This document shows positions 1 to 11,571 of a DNA stretch of 64,000 bases, in pieces (position 1 is the stretch's first letter; each line of letters starts with the position of its first letter). Made by a program: the position numbers and the translations under genes. Origin of the DNA: Malacoraja senta (lineage: Eukaryota); assembly GCA_038087875.1 (NCBI GenBank), contig JAXLNO010000113.1:1-64000 (forward strand). Direction: 5' to 3'. The notes beneath the pieces are model-generated. The model was not told the DNA's origin. It saw only the letters and a list, made by a program, of their open reading frames with translations, and searched no databases.

Positions 1-444
1 AGAGAGAAGGGTCGTGACCCTCGGGATTTTGCGGCAGATTTATTACAAAATGCCTTAAAATTGGATCAAAAGCCTTTACTAGGTCGAGCACATAGAGCGC
101 AGGGGTGTCGTCCATGAGATGATGCTCACCCAAGACAACTTATAGTAAAGGTACAATACGATCACGAATTGGATGATATGATGAAGAAAATTGTCCGTAA
201 CAGAGAGCTCACTTTTGAAGGAGAGAGGATCAGCATCTACCGAGACTAGCCGGCGGAGGTCTTCAAGAAGAGAGCGCTGTTTACTGTGACAAAAAGAATA
301 CTGAGGAACATACCTGATTTGAGATATGGCTTGATTTATCCCGCAACACTAAGAGTCACCTACAATGGGACGGAGCAACTCTTCACAGACCATGAAAAAG
401 CACTTGAATTCGCCAAAAATATTGGGAACGTGACCAGAGACTGA
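1..444 (+). pseudogene. L1 ORF1 C-terminal remnant (RRM/CTD region)
   Basis: Manual frame-1 translation RAHRAQG..PRQLIVK..GERISIYRD..RYGLIYPATLRVTYNG..FTD ends at TGA 442-444; two in-frame stops. Confidence 0.9.
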
Positions 445-1392
445 ACAATGTACATCACACCCAGGTGTCAATGAGCAGCGAGACCTCGTCCAGGTCTAAA
501 AGGAACTTTAAAGTGTTATAATTAAGGACTATTGAAAATTGATATGGACTGTGGAGAAAACTTTTTTTTTTTCTCCACCTTTTTTTTTGTTCTCTAGTAA
601 AACTAATATAGAACAATATTAACCTAGTTATTGTTAATTGTTACCAATTATTACTACTAATTATTATATTTACATTTTAATATTATAGTTAACTACTAAT
701 AATTATTAAATATCACTATTATTATTAACATTTATACCATTTATAAACATTCATTATTACGAATGACTACTAACAATGATTAATAACGAACAGTATTTGG
801 TTAACGTAGAAATAGTTAAAATACGACCTTAGGAATATATGTTATATGATTATGTAAGAGTTAATTTAGCCCATTTATTAATAAGGGTTGACGTTTTTCC
901 TCCTTATTTTTCGATTAAAAATTAAAAATATATACTTTAAAACGATATTAATATGGTATTTAGAGAATAATAATGTTTCTTATTAATGAATTATGAAATT
1001 TTTTGGTTTAAAAATGTTTTGTTACTCCCCAAGAAATTGTCTTATTGTTAAAAAGATTTTCTATTTTTGGAAAGCATGGAGCTAGGATTTTTTTTTTACA
1101 AAGGCTATGGAAGTCTTTAGAATGCTAGCCACGCTAGTGTGCCTAACACTAACTACACTAACTGTAGATGTAGTTTTCTTTCTTTCACGCTTCACTAATC
1201 TATTATATTACTTCTCTCACTTTAAATATTATTATAATTTTAAGTTTGAATGGAATCAGAAGTTTAATTTAAGGAGATATACTCGGAAGAGCGATGTACG
1301 AGATTTAAAATTCATCTATCTGATGTTCGGGGGTAAGGTCAGGTTTTGTGTGTTGTACCTTCTGCTCTTCTACAGACCACCCTATAAATAAT

Positions 1393-4300
1393 ATGCAAGA
1401 CGGTAATTTGACAAGAGGGGGTGAAGGAATAACTTTTTGTAGTTTGAATGTTAAGGGAATTAATGAACTAATTAAGAGAGGTAAAGTTTTAGCACATTTA
1501 AATTCACTTAAGACAGATATAATATTCCTTCAAGAAACCCACCTTAAAATGGAATCACAACATAGACTAAAAGCTAAATGGATTGCTGAAACGTATCATT
1601 CCTCTTTTTCACACAAATCCAGAGGAGTTGCAATATTAATCCGTAAAGGGATACCTTTCAAACATATATCAACTATAGCAGATATTGACGGTAGATATAT
1701 TGTATTAGTTGGAGAGTTAAACGCAAAAAAAGTGATTCTTCTTAATGTTTATGGACCTAATTTTGATAGTCCAATGTTTTTTAAGAAAACATTTAATACA
1801 ATCCCAGAATTTACACAATATAAATTAATAATTGGAGGAGATTTAAATTGTACACTAGACCCTTATTTAGATAGATCATCAAGGCAAAAAAAAGTAAAAT
1901 CTCAATCAAGTGAATTTCTAAACTCATTCATTAATTCCACTAATATTAAGGATGTCTGGAGAATCGAAAATCCAACCGGACGGGAATATTCATTTTATTC
2001 TCCGGTACATAAAACCTACTCAAGAATAGACTCTTTTTTAGTAGACTCTATGCTCATCCCATTTACTTACAATTCGAAATATCATATTATAATCTCAGAC
2101 CATGCACCTTTAACATTTATGATTAAATTAAATGTAATGGCCGAGAAACAAACATATTGGAGACTTAACCCCCAAATTTTAAACGAAAGATCATGTCAGG
2201 AATATCTTACTAAACAGATTCATACATTTTTTTAGACTAATGATACCCCTGGAACATCTGCCTCTCTTATTTGGGAAACATTTAAAGCGTTTGTACGGGG
2301 TGCATTAATTTCCTCCCAAGAATTTTATAATAAAGAGAACCGGATTAAACAACAGACACTGGAAAGGGAAATAAAGCAACTAGATATAGAAAATGCGGCA
2401 ATGCCATCTATGATAAAACATAATAAAATTGCTGTATTGAAATATAAATTAAATAAAATGTACTCAGAACAAGTAATAAAACTCTACCAGCACACTAAAC
2501 AATTACATTTTGAATTCGGAGACAAACCACAAAAACTATTTGCACGTCAGCTTCGAAAACTGGAGGGGGAAAAAACAATCCACAAAATTAGATCAGGTAC
2601 GGGAGAATTACTAATACTGCCCAAGGATATAAATGAGAGATTTCTCCAATATTATCAAAATCTTTATTCAACTAAAACTATAGAACAGCCGGAAGGAATA
2701 GTAAAATTCTTACAAAAATGCAATCTAAAAGGTTTAGACTCAAAAGACAGAGAATTACTAGAAGCTGAAATCACGGTAAAAGATATTGAAGAGTCTATTA
2801 GATCTTTAAAAAACGGTAAAGCAGCAGGCCCAGATGGTTTAGGTTCTGAATTTTATTTTAAAAATTTGGTCTCCCCACGTTTACAAACACTGTATGAGTA
2901 TACTTATATTCAACAGAAATTGCCAGATACCTTAAACGAATCTATAATAACACTTATACAAAAGGCTGATAAGGATCCCGAAGATCCAGGATCATACAGA
3001 GCAATTGCTCTTTTAAATACAGTTCAGAAAATATTAACTAAAATTCTAGCACACAGATTAAGTACAGTGATGAATAAATTAATACACCCTGACCAAACAG
3101 GCTTTATTCAGAAACGGTATTCATATTTTAATTTGAGACGATTATTTAATATAATATATTCAAAGAGAATCACTAACGAAGACCTAGCAATAATCTCACT
3201 TGATGCTGAGAAAGCATTTGATCAAGTTGAATGGCCCTATTTATTTTCGGTGATGGAAAAATTGCAATTGGGTGAGAAATTCTGTACATGGGTAAAACTT
3301 TTATATACTAACCCAACAGCTAGAATATTAACAAATCAAAGGCTATCATCTAAATTTAATTTATCTAGAGGTTGTAGACAAGGATGCCCATTATCTCCGT
3401 TATTATTTGCACTTGCTATTGAGCCACTTGCTGAAAGAGTTAGGACCCACCCGGAAATATACGGGTATAACACTAAAGACACAGTGAATAAAATTTCTCT
3501 ATACATGAGGAGGTGCCATCTTGGGGAACGGCTGCTAACCAGCAGCCGTCCGTTTAAATCACTTTTTTTTTAAACAGTTTTAGTGAGTCTCTGTTTTGTT
3601 TGTAGGAGTTATTCTACTTTTTAATGTTGGGTGAAGGGGGCAACGACATTTCTAGGTCCCTACCTGGTTGGTGAGGCAGCTTTTTCTCCGGGCTGCCCCG
3701 TCGACCCGTCCTCGTGGCCTACCAGCGGTCCTGGAGCGCCGTTTCCTGGCGGGGACCGGCCTGCACCTCGGCTTCGGTGGCGGCACAGCGCTGGAGCGCT
3801 GTCGCGGAGCGGAGCGGGCGATGCCTTGCCTGGGTCGCCGCGCTGGATCGATGCGCTGGAGCTCCGGTGAGCTGTGACCGCCGAGGTCAACACCTCCGGG
3901 CTGCGGGACTGCGGAGAGGATCGGGCGGCGCCGACTTTAACATCGGGAGCCTTGGAGCTCCAAACCGGCGCGGCCTTGTCGGCTTCGGTAGCTGCGGCCT
4001 CCGGTGAGGAATGCGACCGTTCCAGGTGGCCCAGCCGCTGAGAGGACTCTCCTGACGCCGGGGCAACATCACCCGGTGAGAACGGCCAGGAACATCGGGC
4101 CTCCGTAGAGGCAATAGCGGAGGCCTCAATAGGCCTGACTTTGGGTGAACTGGGGTTGGGGACTGGACATTGTGCCTTCCCCCACAGTGGTAACCATTGT
4201 GGGGGGATGATTTTTGTGTGTTGTGTCTATGTTAGTCTGTGTCCAAGATGGCGGTCGGAGGGGAGAGTGGATGCTGGCGCGGTTTAGCTGCCGCTGCTCT

Positions 4301-6172
4301 CTCCTCACATTGTGTTTCTGATTTTCTTTTTTGTGTCTTTGGATTGAATTCTGTCTTTCATTTGTGTATTGGTGATGTCTTTATAACTTATTTTACCCCG
4401 ATTATTTGTTTCTTTGTTAAACTCTGTAAGGTGTCCTTGAGACTTTTGTATAGGCGCCCACAAATAAAATTTATTATTATTATTATTATTATACGCAGAT
4501 GATGTATTAATTTACATCACAAAACCAGAAATTAGTATTCCAAATTTATTAAATTTAATAACTCAATTTGGTTTACTCTCTGGATACAGAATTAATTGGA
4601 ATAAAAGTGAAATTATGCCAATAAGGGAACATACTACACATAAACTACAACAATTCCCGTTTAAAATAGTAAATGAAAAATTTAAATATCTAGGAATTTA
4701 TGTCACTAAGACATATGCATCATTATTTAAATTAAATTTCACCCCTTTACTGAATAAACTACATAAGAATATTCAGTACTGGAAAACACTTCCTATTTCA
4801 ATAGTTGGTAAAATGAATGCCATAAAAATGATTTTTTTTACCGCAAATATTATACCTTTTTCAAACAATTCCAATATATTTGCCAAAAAACGTCTTCAAA
4901 AAGTTGGATTCCATTATCACTGATTTTATCTGGGATTATAAGAATCATAGGATAAGCAAAAAACATCTGTGCAAATCAAAAATAAATGGAGGTTTAGTTT
5001 TACCAAATTTGTTGTTTTATTTTTGGGCAGTTAACATTAAAAATATGAATTTTTGGTTGGAAGAAATAGATCAACAACCGGATTGGTTAAAAATGGAAAA
5101 GGAAGATTGTTTACCCTTTGAAATTGGCTCGATACTATTTGCTACTTCGAAATTGAACAAAAAGATTTATAGGGAAAATCCTATAATATACAGTGGTATG
5201 CGAATTTGGAAACAATTAAAAAAGACATTAAAATTGGATAATTTATCACTTTTTCTTCCCATTGTGAATAACCCTTTATTTAAACCTTCTTGGTTGGATA
5301 AAGGTTTCATACAATGGAAAAATTATGGAATTAAAATGATGGGACAACTTTATAAGAAAGGCACATTTCTTTCATTTCAGGAGCTACAACAGACTTATGG
5401 ACTCCACTTAAATGATTTTTTCAGATATCTACAACTTAGAGATTATGTTAAAGCAAATATTCAAAACTTTAGAACTAGAGATTCAGAAATCCTTGATGAC
5501 TGTTTGAATAAACATCCTAATACAGAAAAATTAATATCTCACATATATAATACTTTATTAGATAGTGAGATACCATCGACGGACTTATATAGGCAAACAT
5601 GGGAAAAGGAACTAAATCAAACAATAACGAAAGATACTTGGGAAGAAAGTTTACAACACATACATCAATGTTCATTAAATGCCAGACACTCTCTAATACA
5701 ATTCAAAGTACTACATAGATTACATTATTCCAAAACAAAACTAAATAGAATCTTCCCACAGAATCTTCCTATTTGTGATAAATGTCAACATTTAGATGCT
5801 AACTTAACTCATACATTTGCGAATTGTATAAAAATTACAAAATTCTGGGCAAATATTTTTAGAATATCTATAGTTGTCAACACTCAATTGGATCCTGATT
5901 CAAAATTAATAATACTCGGAATATTAGAACAAAAGCAAACATTTACAACAACTCAAAGAAACTTTATTGATTATAGTATAATAACTGGAAAAAAAATTAT
6001 ACTAAAATTTTGGAAAGATCCTATAACCCCCACAATTAAAATGTGGATCTTAGAAATGTCGGAGACCTTACATTTGGAAAGAATTAGACTTGTCATAATG
6101 GACAAACAAGAATTATTTATCAGAACATGGTCTCCATTTATTGATTATCTGAAGGGTCACACGAGAACCTGA
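1393..6172 (+). pseudogene. L1 ORF2 (APE endonuclease + reverse transcriptase), disrupted
   Basis: SLNVKG, LQETH, GGDLN, SRID, SDH; GPDG, DAEKAFD, RQGCPLSP, Y|ADD split by an insertion; CDKC..H..C; several frameshifts. Confidence 0.95.
3505..4489 (+). mobile_element. Non-autonomous GC-rich retroposon with L2-like 3' tail
   Basis: Interrupts L1 ORF2 in YADD; TATAC duplicated (3500-3504, 4490-4494); ends tgtaaggtgtccttgag..aggcgcccacaaataaaat(TAT)n; no recognisable coding. Confidence 0.8.
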
Positions 6173-6470
6173 CTAAAACTCGAGCCAAGGATTAGATGAA
6201 AAGTTATACTTTGAAATGTAGGAATATATAACTCTAATGATGTATTTTTAGTAAGTTATTCCATTCTTTATTATCTCTTTTTTTCTGTCTTTTTTTTCTT
6301 TTCTTTCATTCTGCTACTTTCTTATTTTCTATCTATATTAAAAAAAAAACTATTTGAGACAACACGAATAACGTTTGATAATATTAGTAATGTAGAAATG
6401 AAATACATGACATGTTTTCAATATGATATGTATTTGCCTCCACTAAAAATATTATTAACAAAAAAAAAAA

Positions 6471-6690
6471 TATATACAATTATTGTACAGCTTCATTTTT
6501 ATCCTTATAACCTAAACCATGAAAATGAAAAAAGAAAAGAAAAAGAAAACAAGAGAGAAAAAAGAATAGAAGGTGAAAAGATAGATCGAAAGAGAACAAA
6601 AGAAACTCTCCTAAACTACCAAGGTAGTGTGGCAGAAAGATATAGAAATAAGAAAAAAGAAAAGGGGAGATATACCTTGCTCCTTATATT
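6471..6690 (-). mobile_element. Probable antisense L1 3' UTR fragment
   Basis: Purine-rich on +, pyrimidine-rich on -; resembles the TSD-bounded fragment at 48737-49070. Confidence 0.35.
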
Positions 6691-7461
6691 ATATTATATA
6701 TTTCTTCTGGAATATGCTGGAATATGCTGGAATCTTTTGGGTTTTTTGCTACCCGTCGGTAAGAGTAATTGTTGTAACAGCATAGATGAATATGAGAACA
6801 GTGTTCTTTTATTCTATTCAAGAAACCCTTAGCACACTAATACACCATGTCTTGAGGTAGGGAAATGCTTGGTATTTTCATGCGGATGAAGATAGTTGTG
6901 GAACAATATTTGAAGACTACAGATTTACTCTGCCAAATGCATGTATGAACTCCTCCGATTAGTTCCCTTGCCATGCCACATCACTGAAACAGATCATATG
7001 ATGGCCAAAAGTAGATATCTTCTAAATATTTCACACCTAAATGCAACCTTTGACATTGGCCACGCTGTTATCCAGAAGTTTAATTGCCTAAATGATTAGC
7101 ACTGCTCCTGAGTGTAAAGATTATGTAAAATAGCCATCATTTGAATGCAAAGATTCTCTACTTACTTTTATTATTTAGGAGATAATAAGAATTCTCTTAC
7201 ACAATAATTTGAATTATTTGCTGTGAGTGACCGATGGACAATTTTTGATAGAAGTTACAATAACATAGGAGTCAAAAATATTCAAGCATCCACTACATCT
7301 TTCAGAATTTCTTCCTAAAGCTGGAATCAGGCAGCCAACCAGCTTGTTTAATATGGGGGTGGGGGCTGGCTGAAATGATGACAATTGATGAGATATAATC
7401 ACATTCATTACTTACAACCATTGTTATTTGAACGCATGAGAACTCCAAATATCCTTTCCAG

Positions 7462-7526
7462 AATTAGACTGTTCTATACTGGAAGCATTCCCTAAGGAAC
7501 TCATGGAAAATATTGAAAGGAATTTG
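7462..7526 (+). CDS. Candidate 65-bp internal exon of an unidentified gene (xLDCSILEAFPKELMENIERNL)
   Basis: Acceptor tatcctttccAG, donor TTG|GTGAGT, open frame (phase 1 to phase 0), non-repetitive context. Confidence 0.35.
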
Positions 7527-7589
7527 GTGAGTCACGATGATAGGCTTGGAATGTGTCTTGCCCATATTAGCCAAATAACTAGAATAGCA

Positions 7590-8174
7590 CACCACCCTGG
7601 ACCAGAGGTCCAGGTATACCTGTTCAAATGCCACTATCATCAGAGCTGGGAAATGTAATTCTAAGTAATTAAATACAATTTAAAAACATAATATCAGAAA
7701 CAATTATTTTATTTTTATAGCTCATTATTTTCAGCAATATATATGGAATTTGCCAACAGTACCCAATCTGGCTAAATTTAACTCCAATTTGTGCTTCCTC
7801 CCCTTCTGTCTCTAAAATAAAATTATTTATTTCATATGTATAACCTTCATTATATTGGAAAAAATATCCTTCCCATCACTGAAGAAATAATTTGCTGGAA
7901 TTACAATGATGTGAAAACTTGTGCTGCAGTGCAACTTAGAACAAATGTCTCCCATCTTTGCATCTCAGTTTTTCAGATCATTCCAACAATCTACTCTGCT
8001 AATATAACCCACTGAACAGAAGACAGCTTAAGTTTAACATGCAGCATGGAATCAGGCCCTTTGTTTCTGATATTATGTTTTTAAATTGTATTTAATTACT
8101 TAGAATTACATTTCCCAGCTCTGATGATAGTGGCATTTGAACAGGTATACCTGGACCTCTGGTCCAGGGTGGTG
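7590..8174. repeat. Perfect 114-bp inverted repeat (7590-7703 / 8061-8174)
   Basis: Base-by-base reverse-complement match; 357-bp spacer. Confidence 0.95.
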
Positions 8175-8350
8175 AGACCCACTCCTCACCAACCATCGAT
8201 GACTATTCACACCAGCTCTATGTTGTCTCACTTTTGGAGCCACTCCCTACACACAATGGGGAATTTACACAGGCCAACAAACCTGCAAACCCGCATTATC
8301 TTTAGAATGTGACAGGAAACTGGAGCACATGAAGGAAACACAGGGTTCAC
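8030..8350 (-). mobile_element. Degraded HE1-like SINE (interrupted by 8061-8174)
   Basis: cagcatggaatcaggccctt tail end and ggaaactggagcac..ggaaac core on +, typical of the antisense of shark/ray SINEs. Confidence 0.6.
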
Positions 8351-8777
8351 TGTCTCTTTAATATCACAGTGCCAAGGTACAATGAAATTATTTTTTTTGC
8401 ATACAATTCAGTAAATTATTTATATTACTAAAAGTCTGATCTTGACCACTTCCTGTTTTCTTGTTTCATGATTTTAGAAAAAACACTGCCACTTACGGCT
8501 GTGATTTTTGGCCATCTTACTCAGTCCCCCTCCGCTGCGCAGAACAAGAAGATTTTTCCCATCGATGAAAAATAAAAGAGTTATTAGTGTTTTAAAAATG
8601 TTGAGATTCTCTCTGCTGCCCCTGCTGGTGGGAGGGGGGAGGGACTATAACACCCGGAAGTGTTGAGCCTCAGTCAGTCTCTGCAAGATGGGGACGTCTC
8701 TCAGTCTGAGCTGTGAATAACACTGAACACATGTCTACTAAACTGTGAGTGTGGTTTCACTGACCTTGAGTGCCCTT

Positions 8778-8951
8778 GGGGCTTGGGTTGAAGTAAAAGC
8801 ACTGCAAATGGTTGGTGGGGCTTGGGTTGAAGTAAAATCACTGCAAATGGTTGGTGGGGCTTGGGTTGAAGTAAAAGCACTGCAAATGGTTGGTGGGGCT
8901 TGGGTTGAAGTAAAATCACTGCAGATGGTTGGTGGGGCTTGGGTTGAAGTA
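8778..8951. repeat. 39-bp minisatellite (~4.5 copies) inside Helitron A
   Basis: Unit ggggcttgggttgaagtaaaa(g/t)cactgcaaatggttggt. Confidence 0.9.
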
Positions 8952-9209
8952 CAAGACGACAATCAATAATTTTTCAAGTTTTGGAGAGGACAGCAGTTTC
9001 ATTCAAATTCACAGGCTAAGGTGAAAGGAGTCTCTATTTTTATTGACTCCTCAATTCCGTTTGTTCATTATGAAACAATTTCTGATCCATATGGTAGATT
9101 TTTGGTGATTACTGGTGTTCTTCATAACCAAAAAGTTGCTATGGTGAATGTTTATGCACCTAATATTGATCACCCTGAGTTTTTTAAGCAGTTAATCACA
9201 TCCTTTCCT

Positions 9210-9392
9210 TACTTCCGGTGGCGCCATGGAGCTGTAAGGGCACAGCATTGAGCTCCGCTCCTGCTAAAATCATGAAAAAGCTGTTTTGAAAGACGGGACC
9301 GATTTAAAAACACTCACCGGAGCTGTTTGACGTCGCATAAGTGACGTCATCAGAAATCGCCGCGAAAAAAACGAGTTTAACGGGAGTTTTAA
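9210..9392 (+). promoter_or_regulatory. L1 internal promoter / CpG-rich 5' UTR
   Basis: ETS-like ACTTCCGG (9211), CGCCAT, CRE palindrome TGACGTCA (~9343), E2F-like CGCGAAA (~9361); motif matches only. Confidence 0.55.
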
Positions 9393-10459
9393 ATGAGTAA
9401 AGGGAATCGTTCACAGAGACCTAAAAATCCTGCTACCAGACTCCATCTTCAGGAACCTGGTCAAACTCTGCAATCAACAACAGAAAGCTCGGAAGAAGAA
9501 GCTAACTCTCAAAGTTTTGTGTCTGAAATGGCTTCAAAAAAGAGGGAGAGAGAGATAAAGGAGAAAGAGAAAGTGATGAAGCAAATGGAACAGATGGTAA
9601 GAACCAATGTTACTAAAGACATTTCCCAAATGATAGCGGACGTGATCAGTACATTGGAGAATAATCTCTCTAAATTGGAGAATAACCTCTCTAAAAGAAT
9701 TGACACTGCTTGTGGTGAATTAAAGGAGCTGTACCCCTCTTTAAAGAAGCAGTTTAAAGAACTTGACAAAAAGTGAGCTGCAGAATTTAGCAGAATGGAA
9801 AAAGACTATAATAAGAAATTTGAGAAGATGTTTGAGAATGTGAAAAAGTCTGATAAGCTGATGGAAGATATGGAGACTGTAATGAATGAGATGGCTAAGG
9901 AAATAACGAGTCTGAGAAAAGCACAAGAATCTGCTGGGGAGCAACTTGTTAAAATGACTGATAAATGTCTGGACTTGGAGGCGAGGTCGAGAAGGCAGAA
10001 TTTAAGAATTGTTGGAGTACAGGAGGGACGAGAGCGTGGAATTCAAACACGTGATTTCGTTGCCAACTTACTTAAAGAAGTTTTTAAACTGCCGGAAAAC
10101 CCGAGAATAGATATGGCTCACCGGGTACGACGTTTTCAAACAGGACCAAATGTCCCCCTAAGACAGATTATAGTGAAATTTCTTGACATCTCTGCACTGG
10201 AAAATATAATGAGGATGATTCCTTATGGAGCGGATCTGACATTTGCTGGGGATAATCTTAGATTCTTCCGTGATTATCCCCCAATAAAAGGAGCTTGTTC
10301 ACAAAGTCAAGACATATTCTGAAAGGAATCCCCAATGTGAGATATGGGGTAATGTATCCTGCAAAAATGAGGATCACTTATAACTCTACTGAACGCTCCT
10401 TTACAGATCCAGAACTGGCATTTAAATATGCACAAGATATCGCAAAGGAACAAGATTGA
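9393..10459 (+). pseudogene. L1 ORF1 (coiled coil, RRM, CTD), frameshifted
   Basis: DLEARSRRQNLRIVGVQEG, IDMAHR, RFFRDYP, YGVMYPAKM; breaks near 9775 and 10285. Confidence 0.92.
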
Positions 10460-11571
10460 TTACCAGAAGTCTACAGAGGAGAACGGTGAAGATCAGACTT
10501 TTTAATAAAAGATTCTGTTTTAATTAAGATGGCGGAACTCTTTTCCAGACAGTTACCAGACATGCCTATCTGCCTGGAATGTGTTTTTGAGTGCAGAGTC
10601 AATGTTTCACCTTGAATGGAAAGATTAAAGATAAACAAAATGAAGTCGAAGATACAGAATTAAAATTGAGGAACACGGAAAGAAATATAAACGGACTGGA
10701 ATATAAAAACCTGTTGATTTAAGAAAATCTTTAATTATCATATATTAATATTAAATAATCAATTAATCTAACTAACTTAATAATACTAATCTACTTTTAA
10801 CATAATCTGTAAAAATGACTAACCCACGGAGCAGGGGTATAAAGGGAGCTTAGTCCACAATGTTAAATAATTTTAACCTAGTTTAAAGGTAATGAACTAA
10901 AATATACTAAAATATAGTAATTAATTAAAATGTTCATAACAATACTAACATAATATAACTGTGTGTGAAGGAGGGAGGAGCATCATACACTTGGAAAAGA
11001 TCCAGATGCTTGGCTCTGTTTAACCCCTTGGAACCTGCTTGTACTTAAGAGAAAGACTGGGATGTAATGTAATAACTTCGGGTGTATAATTTGCATATGG
11101 TAAATTTTAGAATAGATTTAATGCTAGACTAATTGGAAATGCATATATACATATAGAATTGAATGTCTGTTTTTTTGTTTTTGTTTTTTTCCCTCTTTTT
11201 CTGAAGTCTTTTTTTTTCTTTTTACTTGCTCTGGTTGGATAAATTTTATAAATATGAAACGGCCCGCCAGCCTTTCACGATACTCGGTCAAGGGGACGGA
11301 GCTCAATGTACAATAACAACAACGGAAGTCCATACATTTTTCCCCACCTTAGGTGGCTTCTTGTTTTTAAGGTATCTTCTCTTAGATACCTTAACATCAC
11401 CTTTTAAAAAAAAATCACTACCATGATCTCTATTTTTTTTTTTTTTTAATTATTATCACAACACATTCTTTCTTTTATTTCTTATTAAGGTATACTAGAG
11501 GAAGGAGATGCAAAACAAATCTAAAAGTTCGGGTTGCACCATATGAATCAAAAATATCAAATTGATCTATA

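Larger units (their letters stand above)
1..6470 (+). mobile_element. L1-clade LINE copy A (5' end lies outside the window)
   Basis: ORF1 C-terminus, ~950-bp AT-rich inter-ORF spacer, ORF2 (APE endonuclease, RT, CCHC), T-rich 3' UTR and A-tail ending near 6470. Confidence 0.95.

Noticed and set aside
3631..4502. GC-rich ORFs on both strands
   Set aside because: Stop-poor by composition inside a non-coding retroposon; no recognisable domain
6398..6832. 144-aa K/E/R-rich ORF
   Set aside because: Read-through of an L1 A-tail and a purine-rich antisense UTR
8701..8969. Repetitive ORFs / CRISPR-like array
   Set aside because: 39-bp tandem unit without unique spacers; frames stay open because the unit is a multiple of 3; eukaryotic context
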